Assembly: GCA_964350735.1 (NCBI GenBank)
Contig: CAYGKO010000001.1
Location: 182,578 to 246,577, forward strand
Direction of reading: 5' to 3'
DNA: 64,000 nucleotides
DNA from: an uncultured Candidatus Saccharibacteria bacterium
GTDB lineage: Bacteria > Patescibacteriota > Minisyncoccia > Phycocordibacterales > UBA918
Numbering within the stretch: position 1 is the first letter of the stretch; each line of letters starts with the position of its first letter. Shown in pieces: positions 9,423 through 19,130 of this stretch. The position numbers and the translations under genes are program-made. The notes under the pieces were generated by a model. The model did not search any database. It worked only from the letters and a program-made list of their open reading frames with translations, and was not told the DNA's origin.

Positions 9423-10178
9423 ATGGAAGATATTAAAGCTAAACTCATCCAGGTTGGTCTCACTGACAAAGAAGCTGCGGTGTATATTGCGCTTTTAGCC
9501 ACTGGCAAAACCACTGCTTATAATCTGGCTAAAAAAGCGGGATTGAAGATCTCTACGTCGTACGTCGTCTTGGAGTCACTGCGTGAGAAAGATTTAGTCA
9601 GCAAGATCCCAGACTCCAAACGTCAGCTATTTTTAGCCACTGATCCGACCTACTTCTTCGAACGACTGAATAGCAATGTGCATGCCTTGGAGACTGTCCT
9701 CCCCAAGCTGCAGTCACTCAGCCGGCGTAAAGAAGAGTCGAGTGTGTTGGTATATGAAGGCTACGCTGGGATAAAGGACGCTTTGGAGTATAAGTTCAGC
9801 GCGATGCGCGGCAAGACCTTCAAGGGTTTGTACTCTAGTTTGCCCGACCCAGACGAGAAATTACTGCGGGTAATGACTCGCTGGAGCGACAAATGTGTGA
9901 AAGCTGGCGTGGATACCCAAGTAATTGCTCCTGATACCGCAGACTCTAAGCGGTGGGTGCAAGATACTTTAGAAAAATACACGAAAGGACTTAAGCTCAT
10001 ACCAGAGAAACTATGGTCGCCAGAGATTTCAATTGAAGTTGGTGATGGGTTTGTGCGAATTATTGATACCAAAGAACTACAGGCTGTCGTAGTAGACAAC
10101 CCAAAGGTAGCTATGGCTTTAGAGCAGTTGTTTGCGATAGTGTGGGACGGGGTTGAGGGTAATGAGGTGACTAGTTAA
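9423..10178 (+). CDS. TrmB-family transcriptional regulator
   Basis: GLTDKEAAVYIALL...winged helix, then VYEGYAGIK and C-terminal effector domain. Confidence 0.88.
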   Translation: MEDIKAKLIQVGLTDKEAAVYIALLATGKTTAYNLAKKAGLKISTSYVVLESLREKDLVSKIPDSKRQLFLATDPTYFFERLNSNVHALETVLPKLQSLSRRKEESSVLVYEGYAGIKDALEYKFSAMRGKTFKGLYSSLPDPDEKLLRVMTRWSDKCVKAGVDTQVIAPDTADSKRWVQDTLEKYTKGLKLIPEKLWSPEISIEVGDGFVRIIDTKELQAVVVDNPKVAMALEQLFAIVWDGVEGNEVTS

Positions 10179-10180
10179 GT

Positions 10181-10840
10181 ATGGAACATTTTTTACAAAC
10201 GCTGGTATTCATCGGAGCAAAATGTATGGCTGCCGTCATGGATTTTGGGATTGGAGCGCTGATTGCAGTCTCTACACTTCTTTATTTTGATCAAGAAGTG
10301 GCCTGGTATACCTTTATTATTGGCGGTTTTATGGCGCTGATACCTGATATGGACGTATTGCCAAGCATGATGCGAGGTAAAAGTTTGGAGTTTGACCATC
10401 ATCAAACACTATTCCATCATCCGCTAGTGATACTACCAATTGCGGTCATTGGTGCGTACCTGTTGGGAGGTTTTGTCTGGGCGCTTATCGCTGCAATAAG
10501 TATCACCTACCATTTCCTTCATGACACCGGCTGGTTTACAGACACCACCGGTATTAGTTGGCTATGGCCGTTTTCTAAGCGTTGCTGGACTTGGCATGGC
10601 TCTTACCCGGTGCCTGGCCACATTGACCAGCATGTGTGGCTTGGTCGGCACTGGCTTCGGCCCACCACTAAAGGCATGATTGAGATTGGGGTTGGGGTGA
10701 CCGCGCTTGGAATCGTGGTGTATCTGCAAAACTTCACTTCCCTCCTGCCCGTATTGCTAGCAAATCTCATCTTGCTCGGCACAGCCTTTGTCTGGCTTAC
10801 CGCTCGCCAACTTTCCAAAAGTAGACAAACAGAGACTTAA
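10181..10840 (+). CDS. membrane metal-dependent hydrolase (YdjM-like)
   Basis: PDMD, HHQTLFHHP, HFLHD, GISWLWPFS. Confidence 0.8.
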   Translation: MEHFLQTLVFIGAKCMAAVMDFGIGALIAVSTLLYFDQEVAWYTFIIGGFMALIPDMDVLPSMMRGKSLEFDHHQTLFHHPLVILPIAVIGAYLLGGFVWALIAAISITYHFLHDTGWFTDTTGISWLWPFSKRCWTWHGSYPVPGHIDQHVWLGRHWLRPTTKGMIEIGVGVTALGIVVYLQNFTSLLPVLLANLILLGTAFVWLTARQLSKSRQTET

Positions 10841-10938
10841 GGAATTTAGTAATGCCTTCACTTTCAAGCACTGCTGCGCATTAGTTGTGCATTACTACTA
10901 AACTCAACTAATAAAAAAGTATATAATATACATACTTT

Positions 10939-11601
10939 ATGGTTCGGAATGAAGAAAAGTACCAATTAGCAACACATTATCGCAAACAGGGTTTTACCTA
11001 TGCTGAAATAGCTAAGATCTGTGGGGTGAGTAAGAGTACGGTGAGTGCCTGGCTCGCTGGTAAGCGTTTTTCGAAGCAGGTGAAGCAGGATAACCAGGTA
11101 CGCGCCGGTAAAGCCAATGCTAAGCGAGTGGCTTTAGTTCAGAAAGCCCGGCAGACAGAACGGACTACTCGCTATAAAGAAGCAGTTCGTTCCGCTGAGA
11201 CTGAATACAAGCACTATAAGAGTAACCCGCAGTTTATCGCTGGCTTGATGTTGTACTTGGCTAAGGGTGATCACAATGATCCGTCACAAATTCGCCTGAC
11301 AGGGCAAGATATAACCACTCACCGCATCTTCCGAACGTTCCTAATGGAGTATTTAGGAGTAGAAAAGCAAGCGGTGCGATTTTGGCTCTTGTTGCCGAGT
11401 AATGTTTCAGAAAAGGCCACTCAAAATAGCTGGAGTAAAGTACTAAAGCTCCCTGCTGGCCAGTTCGGCAAGACGCAGGTTTTAAAACAGGAGGCCAAAA
11501 GATTGCACAATGGCACGGGAAATACTATAATCGGCAACACTGTTTTGAAGCACAAGCTCATCAAATGGATCGAGTTGGCAACAAAAGAGCTAAGTAAATA
11601 G
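10939..11601 (+). CDS. HTH-domain hypothetical protein
   Basis: RKQGFTYAEIAKICGVSKSTVSAWL helix-turn-helix. Confidence 0.8.
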   Translation: MVRNEEKYQLATHYRKQGFTYAEIAKICGVSKSTVSAWLAGKRFSKQVKQDNQVRAGKANAKRVALVQKARQTERTTRYKEAVRSAETEYKHYKSNPQFIAGLMLYLAKGDHNDPSQIRLTGQDITTHRIFRTFLMEYLGVEKQAVRFWLLLPSNVSEKATQNSWSKVLKLPAGQFGKTQVLKQEAKRLHNGTGNTIIGNTVLKHKLIKWIELATKELSK

Positions 11602-11606
11602 TCATT

Positions 11607-11677
11607 GCGGCCTTGGTTAAGTGGTATAATGGGTCCTTGCCAAGGATCAGTCGGGGTTTCGATTACCCCAGGCCGCA
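11607..11677 (+). tRNA. tRNA-Gly(GCC)
   Basis: GCGGCCT/AGGCCGC acceptor stem, anticodon loop TTGCCAA, TTCGATT. Confidence 0.95.
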
Positions 11678-11802
11678 CAAAACTTCCCCCAGTAGGGGGA
11701 TTTTGTGTGTTTAGAGACAGGGTGTTTGTACTCGTTGCCCCAAATTGAAAATTTGTCTATTTTGTAACCTTCAGCTCTGCAATCTGGTATCATAGGGTAC
11801 TT

Positions 11803-12954
11803 ATGGCACGAGTTGCGATTACGGAGTATGCGGCTAAAAAATTAGTCTTTGGTGATAGGTATCACGGGCTGACCGTTACGCCACAGAGTCTAGCTGATTT
11901 TTCGGTCCCCGCTGGTGATTACATTGTAAAAATTGACGTTGGGATCAAAAAACGAGGTAAACAAAGCTTAGTTCGACTTAACGTAGCTGCAAAAGATGTG
12001 CCTTCAGCAGCTAATGAGCTTTTTGCGCTTGGCTACGGTCGTTGTGTCGTGGAGGTGATGGTGCCACATAAAACAGATGCGGAGCGATATCTTTCACTCG
12101 ATGTACACCGCACTGGCTTGCAGTTGATCCACTCTGAAAAAGGCGGGGTGGAGATTGAGGCGGCGGCTGAAGCTGATATCAAGCGGACACTCGTACCTTT
12201 GCAGGAATTCTTGAGTGACACACCGTTGATCGAGATCGACGGTGTGTCACTCCCCTACTTACTCGAGCAGATGGCGCGGTATCACTTTTCGTTTATGGAG
12301 ATAAATCCCTATATTATCGCTGATAATACGTTGATTGCTCTTGATATGGCGGTTGAGATTGATTCAACTAAAGAAAATAAGCTGCCAGCGTGGGTACATG
12401 AACATATTTTGCATAAAAAAGCGGCCAGTGAGCAAGAGGCGCGGGTGCTTGAACAAGATGCGCGCACTCAAGCCGCCCTTAATTTACATACCCTTAATCC
12501 AGACGGTTCGATCTTGACCCTTTTGTCTGGGGGTGGCGCCAGTTTAGTCGGTCTCGATTCTCTCGTCACTGCTGGTTTACAAGCAGAGGTGATTAATTAT
12601 AGTGAGTATAGTGGCGCTCCGACACGCGACGAAACGGCTGCGTATGTCAGCACCCTCCTTGAAGTGTTGTTTAATTCTACCGCTAATACTAAAGTTATTT
12701 TGATCGCCGGTGGGGTGGCAAATTTTACTGACGTCCTGGCTACCTTCCAGGGAATTGTTGATGCGTTTACTGACAATCTTGAACAATTACAGGCGCAAAA
12801 CGTGTATGTCTGCGTCCGGCGTGGTGGTCCGAACCAAGAGAATGGCTTGGCCCACCTGCGTAACTGGCTTGATGAGCATGATATTCCTAATGATGTCCAC
12901 GACCCTTCCCTGTCGCTTGGTGAAGTTGGTAACTTGGTAAAAGCACATATATGA
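11803..12954 (+). CDS. aclB: ATP-citrate lyase beta subunit
   Basis: KKRGK, EINP, GGGAS, NYSEYSGAP, IAGGVANFTDV, RRGGPN. Confidence 0.88.
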   Translation: MARVAITEYAAKKLVFGDRYHGLTVTPQSLADFSVPAGDYIVKIDVGIKKRGKQSLVRLNVAAKDVPSAANELFALGYGRCVVEVMVPHKTDAERYLSLDVHRTGLQLIHSEKGGVEIEAAAEADIKRTLVPLQEFLSDTPLIEIDGVSLPYLLEQMARYHFSFMEINPYIIADNTLIALDMAVEIDSTKENKLPAWVHEHILHKKAASEQEARVLEQDARTQAALNLHTLNPDGSILTLLSGGGASLVGLDSLVTAGLQAEVINYSEYSGAPTRDETAAYVSTLLEVLFNSTANTKVILIAGGVANFTDVLATFQGIVDAFTDNLEQLQAQNVYVCVRRGGPNQENGLAHLRNWLDEHDIPNDVHDPSLSLGEVGNLVKAHI

Positions 12955-14675
12955 TAAACGAGATTCGAAATGGTGAGCCGAAGATTTTAGTAGCGGGTAA
13001 TCACGTGAAGATTATCCAGTCTATTCTTGATTTTGACTACGCAGCGGGGAAAGAATCACCGAGTGTGGTGGGGATTATTTCGGCCGGTCGCAAAAGCCAG
13101 AAGCTTTTCTGGGGTGATGGCGAGGTCTTGGTGCCGGTAGTGCCCGACGTTGAGGCAGCAAAAAAGTCTGCATTTGAGCCAGATTTCCTGCTTTGTATCA
13201 CTTCAGCTTCAAGTACACCACGGATGGCCAAAGCCTTTTTTACCGCCTTTCCGGCGGCTGTCGGCGCCCATCTCTTTGCTGAAGGGGTGGCCGAGCGCGA
13301 TGCCCTTCAGTTGATCGAAGCGTATGGCGAAGAGAAGCTTATTCTCGGTGCTTCGGGGGTTGGTCTTTGTGTACCAGGCAGCCTTAAACTAGGCGCTATT
13401 GGCGGTGTTTTAGGGGCTCGTCTTGCTGAGCTCGGTCGGACACGAGGTCACACGGCGGTGATCTGTAGTTCTGGAGGCATGGTCAACGAACTCATGTACC
13501 AAGTAGTGACGGCTGGTAGTGGAATTAGTTTCGCTGCCTGCTATGGTGGTGACCGTTTCCCGGTCACTTCCCCGCTACAATGGCTCATGCACGCTCAAAA
13601 TGACCCAGAGACTAAAGATATTGTCTATTTCGGTGAACTAGGTGGTGATGATGAATATACGCTCCGAGGCGCCATTACAGCTGGCGATATCACTAAGCCA
13701 GTCTATGCCTATATTGCTGGCCGCTACGAAAGTCAGGATGAAACCATCCAATTTGGCCATGCCAAAGCCCTCGCTAAAGCTGAATCTGAGACAGCAGCGG
13801 CTAAAATGGCTGCTTTGGCTGCTGTTGGAGTGAACGTCAGTGATACTTTTAATGATTTTATGGCAGCTTTTACTTTGCTTTCACGTGAAACCAGTGTTGG
13901 CGAGTCAGTTCGGGACTGGAGTGAACGCCCGGCTCATCTACAGCCGACCGCCTACTCAGCTCCGGCTTATACGGGTGCCCATTCGGCCAGCTTTACCGAA
14001 GGTATTTTGGCTCGCATTCTCGGTCGCAGCAGTGTTTCACGGGAAACCGCTGCCTTTGCTGAACTAATCTTTGCGCAGTTGATCGATCATGGACCACATG
14101 TGTCAGGAGCGGTAAATACCATGATCACTACACGAGCTGGCCGTGACCTTAGCTCAGCCCTGGCTACAGGTGTTCTGACGGTTGGTGATCGCTTTGGTGG
14201 CGCTATCAACGGTGCTGCTCAGATTTGGCACGATGCTGTTTCACGTGGCATCACTGCCGATGATCTGGTGACAGACTACAGCCAGCAGCGCCGTTATATT
14301 TTAGGTATCGGACACCGAAAATACTCAGTGTATAAGCCAGATCCGCGCGTACAAGCCTTGATTGAGCATGGTAAAAATGTTCTACGTGAAACACCGCACC
14401 TTGATTTTGCCTTGTCAGTTGAGACAATCACCGCTAAAAAGCGCGCTAACCTGATTTTGAATGTGGACGGTGTTATTTCGGCTCTATTTACAGACTATTT
14501 GATTGCCAAAGAAGACTTTACAGCGAAAGACATCGCTGAACTTATTGATATTGAATTCTACAATGCCTTGTTTCTCATTCCTCGTTCAGTAGGGTTTGTT
14601 GGAAATTACCTGGATCAAAAGCGGATTGACGAGGGATTATTCCGTTTGGGCGACAAAGATAGCTATAATTTTTAG
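12951..14675 (+). CDS. aclA: ATP-citrate lyase alpha subunit
   Basis: SGGMVNEL, GGDRFP, QFGHA (phospho-His), DHGPHVSGA, GIGHR, LNVDG. Confidence 0.9.
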   Translation: MINEIRNGEPKILVAGNHVKIIQSILDFDYAAGKESPSVVGIISAGRKSQKLFWGDGEVLVPVVPDVEAAKKSAFEPDFLLCITSASSTPRMAKAFFTAFPAAVGAHLFAEGVAERDALQLIEAYGEEKLILGASGVGLCVPGSLKLGAIGGVLGARLAELGRTRGHTAVICSSGGMVNELMYQVVTAGSGISFAACYGGDRFPVTSPLQWLMHAQNDPETKDIVYFGELGGDDEYTLRGAITAGDITKPVYAYIAGRYESQDETIQFGHAKALAKAESETAAAKMAALAAVGVNVSDTFNDFMAAFTLLSRETSVGESVRDWSERPAHLQPTAYSAPAYTGAHSASFTEGILARILGRSSVSRETAAFAELIFAQLIDHGPHVSGAVNTMITTRAGRDLSSALATGVLTVGDRFGGAINGAAQIWHDAVSRGITADDLVTDYSQQRRYILGIGHRKYSVYKPDPRVQALIEHGKNVLRETPHLDFALSVETITAKKRANLILNVDGVISALFTDYLIAKEDFTAKDIAELIDIEFYNALFLIPRSVGFVGNYLDQKRIDEGLFRLGDKDSYNF

Positions 14676-14754
14676 CCATGGAGTTTCCTGGTAGGAACTA
14701 AATACCCAGCCAGGGCGTTTGTTTATCATAAAAAGGCGTGTACCATGGTTCCAC

Positions 14755-15393
14755 ATGGAACAGATACTTCTGGCAGCTGGTATTTTCTCGTTTATTTTCG
14801 GATTAGACTATTTACGCTACCTGCTCTTCCCCGCTACCTACCGGTATGTTTCATATGAAACATATATTTTGTATATCATTGGCGTAGTGGCCACGTTTGT
14901 AGTATTTATCGATGAAATCAGTCTTTTTATCGGTGATCGGTTACACGTGGAACTGATTTACTTGTTCATTCTCTTTTTTACGGCCCTGGGGTGTTCAATT
15001 GCCATGAAACGCCACGGTGTGAACATTTGTACGACAATACTTCGATCATATAAGTGTATTTCCCCACTGTACGTACTTATAAAGACCAAAGAGCTTTTAC
15101 TCCAACAGACCTTATTTGTAGTACTAGCTGTGGGTGTTTCACGTGAAATCGGAACTGGTTTTTGGGCAGTACTCACCTTTATATTAGTTTCACTCTTGGT
15201 TCAAATACCGATAATGTTGCATGTGAAACACTTTTGGCGCTACTTATACCTAGGAATAATGGGGTTTGCTAGTGTTATTTTCTTTTATACCTATGTTTCT
15301 CTAGAATTATTCTGGCCAGCAATGTATGTACATGCGGTTATCTATACGTTTATCTGGCTTTCACTGGCTGATCCATCCGATGATTGGGGGTAA
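14755..15393 (+). CDS. multi-pass membrane protein
   Basis: Several hydrophobic helices; start at MEQILL. Confidence 0.75.
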   Translation: MEQILLAAGIFSFIFGLDYLRYLLFPATYRYVSYETYILYIIGVVATFVVFIDEISLFIGDRLHVELIYLFILFFTALGCSIAMKRHGVNICTTILRSYKCISPLYVLIKTKELLLQQTLFVVLAVGVSREIGTGFWAVLTFILVSLLVQIPIMLHVKHFWRYLYLGIMGFASVIFFYTYVSLELFWPAMYVHAVIYTFIWLSLADPSDDWG

Positions 15394-15500
15394 CTGTGGA
15401 AAACTAAGTGGATAGGTGGATAAAGGACAGGTATTTAAAATATTTAAAAATTATGAATATGCCTATAAATAAGGGTTTAAGTAAAATATGTGTCTTTTTA
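15385..15500. promoter_or_regulatory. DnaA-box cluster plus AT-rich tract (candidate oriC)
   Basis: TGGGGGTAA, TGTGGAAAA, AGTGGATAG, GGTGGATAA in tandem, then AT-rich DNA. Confidence 0.4.
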
Positions 15501-15551
15501 TCGAAATAAGAACCAATATGTTTCACGTGGCACATACATATATTGTTCCAT

Positions 15552-15965
15552 ATGAAACAAAGTGATAAAAAAGGCTCTAAGAACCAAGTGGGTGCATATG
15601 GTGAGGAGATCTGTGTACAGTACCTGAAGAATAAAGGGTTTAAGATCCTCGGTGTTAATTACCTTAAAAAATGGGGTGAAATTGATGTAATTGCGAAACA
15701 AGGAAAAGTGGTTCATTTTGTGGAAGTGAAGACTGTTTCATATGAAACTAAAGTGACACTAGAAGAAGCAGTTTCACGTGGAAACTGGCGTCCGGAAGAA
15801 CAAGTACATGCCTTTAAGCTCAAGAAGCTTAGTCGGGTGATAGAAATTTGGCTGCTAGAACAAGCTTGGGAAGGAGAGTGGCAGATTGATGTCGCTGCAG
15901 TACGTATTGTGCCACGTGAAACATACGCCACGATGAAATATATCCCTAATATTATAGCTGATTAG
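15552..15965 (+). CDS. YraN (UPF0102) family protein
   Basis: GAYGEE, GEIDVIA, FVEVKT. Confidence 0.9.
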   Translation: MKQSDKKGSKNQVGAYGEEICVQYLKNKGFKILGVNYLKKWGEIDVIAKQGKVVHFVEVKTVSYETKVTLEEAVSRGNWRPEEQVHAFKLKKLSRVIEIWLLEQAWEGEWQIDVAAVRIVPRETYATMKYIPNIIAD

Positions 15966-15999
15966 TGATATCTGGGCATAAAAGACAAGGTGTCTTTTA

Positions 16000-16301
16000 T
16001 TACTTAGTCACTGCTGTAATCCAAGCTTCATAGCTATCGTTTGTAAGGGTAGCGATTTTAATGACGCAGGGTGTTTTATATGGATGCAGCTCAAGTATGC
16101 GAGTCTCTAATTCAGTCCAGAGAGAGCTTTTTGTTTTATATAGAGCAACTATCTTAGTTTCAGTAGTTGTTTGACCATTCCAGACCAAACAAGCCTAAAT
16201 TGAGGAGTAATTAACACAAGCAATCAATTTCTCTTCTGGGAGGATCTCTGTTATTTTTTGTGCCTGAGTTTTGTTCTCAGGGTTGTATATACGAGTATCA
16301 C
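16000..16301 (-). pseudogene. cutA: cutA pseudogene
   Basis: VILVYTT (frameshift) ...LIACVNYSSI*ACLVWNG...HPYKTPCVI; one frameshift plus an in-frame TAG. Confidence 0.8.
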
Positions 16302-16427
16302 ATCTATGAGTGTACGACTCGCTTTTTTGTAAGTGAAGTGGTATGATTTGGCCCACGAAATTAGTGTCAACGGAGTTTGTTATCTTTGTGTACTTTGTAC
16401 TCAACGAAACAATCTCCCAGATTGTTT

Positions 16428-16498
16428 CGGGGTGTAGCATAGTGGTAGTGTACGCGCTTTGGGAGCGTGTGGTCCGGGTTCGATTCCCGGCTCCCCGA
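16428..16498 (+). tRNA. tRNA-Pro(TGG)
   Basis: CGGGGTG/CTCCCCG acceptor stem (one T-T), loop TTTGGGA, TTCGATT. Confidence 0.93.
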
Positions 16499-16556
16499 CA
16501 AATTAAGCAAAAGAAAAGCACCGTTAGGTGCTTTTCTTTTGGTATACTGGAGCGAT

Positions 16557-17438
16557 ATGGAACTATGGTTTTGGGCGGCGGTAGCAACCACTGTTTTAGC
16601 AGGACTAAGTAACTTTTATTTTAAGGTGGCAGCAAGTCGTGGTTATGATGCGGAACTGTTTGGTCTGTACGGTGGAGGGTTATCACTCGTTTTGGTGCTA
16701 ATAGGCTGGTTAACCTTCCCGGCTCCTTTGCTAGCGCAAGGGTTTATGTATGCTGCCTTGGCGTTTGGAGGTGGTTTATTAATTTCAGGCAATAACATTG
16801 GTAAAATCTATGCCTTGAGACATATTGATGCCACGGTGTATTATCCACTGTATAAGCTTCTCGCACCTTTATTGGCGATTGTAGCCGGTGTTACGTTCTT
16901 CAGTGAAAGATTCAGTACTTTTGAATGGTTCGGTATGACATTAAGTTTGTTAGTGCCTTTGATGCTTATTACAAAATCAGAGAATGGGCGTCAGAATAAT
17001 TTAATTAGTGGACTGCTACTTGTTCTAATGACAGGTATATTTTCAGCAGGAGGGGCTTTTTTATATAAATTAGCTAGTGATGCTGGTATGGCGACAGTAG
17101 CGATACTTTTGTATTCCTCAACAGGACTACTAATCGGTTCTTTGTTGACTATGTGGTACAAGTCAGGTATTAAAAATATCAAATTGAGAATTTTTGAAAA
17201 TACTAGTGTGGGCTTATTAATTGCAGCTAGTATGCGAGCGACATTAATTACGCTGGCCTTTGTTTGTACATTGTTTGCTTTTAAATCAAATGGGCCATTT
17301 GCTGTAGTGATGACAATTCAATCAATGTATATTTTGATCCCGATTGTGTTAGCAATTATTTTCTACAACGAACACTGGAATGCTCAAAAGGTTGCAGCGA
17401 TACTATTGTCGGTAGCCGCTTTGGCTCTTTTGGGATAA
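16557..17438 (+). CDS. EamA/DMT family transporter
   Basis: Two repeated hydrophobic halves, FFSERF / FYNEHW; start after TGGTATACT. Confidence 0.85.
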   Translation: MELWFWAAVATTVLAGLSNFYFKVAASRGYDAELFGLYGGGLSLVLVLIGWLTFPAPLLAQGFMYAALAFGGGLLISGNNIGKIYALRHIDATVYYPLYKLLAPLLAIVAGVTFFSERFSTFEWFGMTLSLLVPLMLITKSENGRQNNLISGLLLVLMTGIFSAGGAFLYKLASDAGMATVAILLYSSTGLLIGSLLTMWYKSGIKNIKLRIFENTSVGLLIAASMRATLITLAFVCTLFAFKSNGPFAVVMTIQSMYILIPIVLAIIFYNEHWNAQKVAAILLSVAALALLG

Positions 17439-17482
17439 GGAAGTGGGGTTTGCTATACTGATACAAATTAAAATGCAGATCT

Positions 17483-18406
17483 ATGATCACCCACTATTTC
17501 CGAACTATAAAAGATGCTGAGCTTAAGGTGCTGGATGAGGCGCGGGCGGGGGTGTGGACACATGTGGTGAGGCCAACAGACGAAGAGCTGGCCGAGTTGG
17601 TGTCGCTGTATGCACTAGATGAGGCGATCTTAGAAGATGCTAAAGACTTCTTTGAAGTCCCACGTATGGAGCGTAGTCAGGGATCAACGTACTTCTTTAC
17701 CCGCTATCCGTATGATGAACAAGAAGAAGATGCTGAAACAGCACCGCTACTGATCATTATGGGGGAGTCGTTTGTACTGACCATCACGCTTCGGGATGTG
17801 CCACAATTTAAGAAGTTTGTGACGGGGAAGGAGGTGGTGCATACAACCCAGAAAGCAAAGTTTTTCATTCAGCTAATGACCGCCGTCACTACTTCCTTTG
17901 AGCAAAAGCTGGTGCGACTACGACGTTCGGTGCATCGTGATCGAGCGAAGCTGCGCGTGATCAGTAACCGTGATATCAAACGATTGGTTGATTATGAGCA
18001 CGAACTAAACGACATGATTAGTGCCGTGGTACCGACCAACGTGTGGTTGCAAACGGTAACCAAAGGGAACTACATGCAGCTTTATAATGACGATGTGGAG
18101 CTGATGGAAGACTTGATGATCGCCAACTCACAGCTAGTGGAGTCGGCCCGGTCGCTTTTGAAGACGATTCAAAATGTGCGTAATGCCACTGAGGCAATTT
18201 TGACGAACAATCTGAACGGCACGATTCGAACGCTGACCATTTTGACCATCTTGCTAACGATCCCAACAATTATTTCTTCACTCTACGGCATGAATGTTGC
18301 GTTGCCGCTCATGGATAACCCGCTAGCGTTTTGGTTGGTGATTGTACTGATCTTAGTGGTGGTGTCAGCGACCGTGTATTTCTTTAAACGTAATCAGTGG
18401 TTATAG
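17483..18406 (+). CDS. corA: CorA family magnesium transporter
   Basis: YGMN signature and two C-terminal TMs. Confidence 0.92.
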   Translation: MITHYFRTIKDAELKVLDEARAGVWTHVVRPTDEELAELVSLYALDEAILEDAKDFFEVPRMERSQGSTYFFTRYPYDEQEEDAETAPLLIIMGESFVLTITLRDVPQFKKFVTGKEVVHTTQKAKFFIQLMTAVTTSFEQKLVRLRRSVHRDRAKLRVISNRDIKRLVDYEHELNDMISAVVPTNVWLQTVTKGNYMQLYNDDVELMEDLMIANSQLVESARSLLKTIQNVRNATEAILTNNLNGTIRTLTILTILLTIPTIISSLYGMNVALPLMDNPLAFWLVIVLILVVVSATVYFFKRNQWL

Positions 18407-18407
18407 T

Positions 18408-19028
18408 ATGAAAAAGCAGATATTTTATATCCATGGTGGGAGCTCCTACCGCAATCAAGATGACTACATTCACGATCTGACTCATAAGAAATTATGGAGC
18501 CGGTCTGATACAGAGCCAACCATAAAGTGGCCGAGTACGTTGCGGGCGGCACTCGGTGAAGGATATCAAGTATTCTCACCATCAATGCCAAATAGCGATA
18601 ATTCGCAATACGAAGAGTGGAAAATTTGGTTTGAGCGGCACTTTGAGTTTTTGCACGATGATCTGACCTTAGTCTGCTGGTCGCAAGGTGGCATGTTCAT
18701 TATGCGTTATTTGAGTGAGCATGAGACGCCGTTTTCTATTAAAGCCCTTTTTATCCTGGCCGCACCAGTTGACTATTATGTGTCTGAAGATTCAAAAGAA
18801 GATGGCGGATATTTTTATGCTACACCAGAGAAGATTCCAGCTATTACTGAGAAAGTAGGGGAGGTGCACATCTTGCATAGCACTGATGATTTTGTGGTGC
18901 CCTATGAGCACGCCGAGAAATTAGCCGCTGCGCTGCCGGCAGCCACGCTCCATACCTTCACCGACAAGAATCATTTCTTGGTCCCCGAGCTGCCGGAACT
19001 GATTGACCTGATTAAAAAAGTATCGTGA
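18408..19028 (+). CDS. alpha/beta hydrolase (YdeN/RBBP9-like)
   Basis: IHGG, WSQGG, HSTDDFVVP, NHF. Confidence 0.85.
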   Translation: MKKQIFYIHGGSSYRNQDDYIHDLTHKKLWSRSDTEPTIKWPSTLRAALGEGYQVFSPSMPNSDNSQYEEWKIWFERHFEFLHDDLTLVCWSQGGMFIMRYLSEHETPFSIKALFILAAPVDYYVSEDSKEDGGYFYATPEKIPAITEKVGEVHILHSTDDFVVPYEHAEKLAAALPAATLHTFTDKNHFLVPELPELIDLIKKVS

Positions 19029-19130
19029 AATCGGGAAAAAGGGGGCGAAAACGCAGTTTTCGCCCCCTTTTTCACACCCCCTTAGAAAGAAATACCCCCT
19101 TCGGCCGTCTTCACGTATAATGGTTCCCAC

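Larger units (their letters stand above)
13877..15923. repeat. cluster of about 14 parS-like palindromes
   Basis: Variants of TGTTTCACGTGAAACA at 13877, 14033, 14237, 14378, 14747, 14847, 14939, 15135, 15215, 15519, 15544, 15734, 15770, 15908. Confidence 0.85.
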
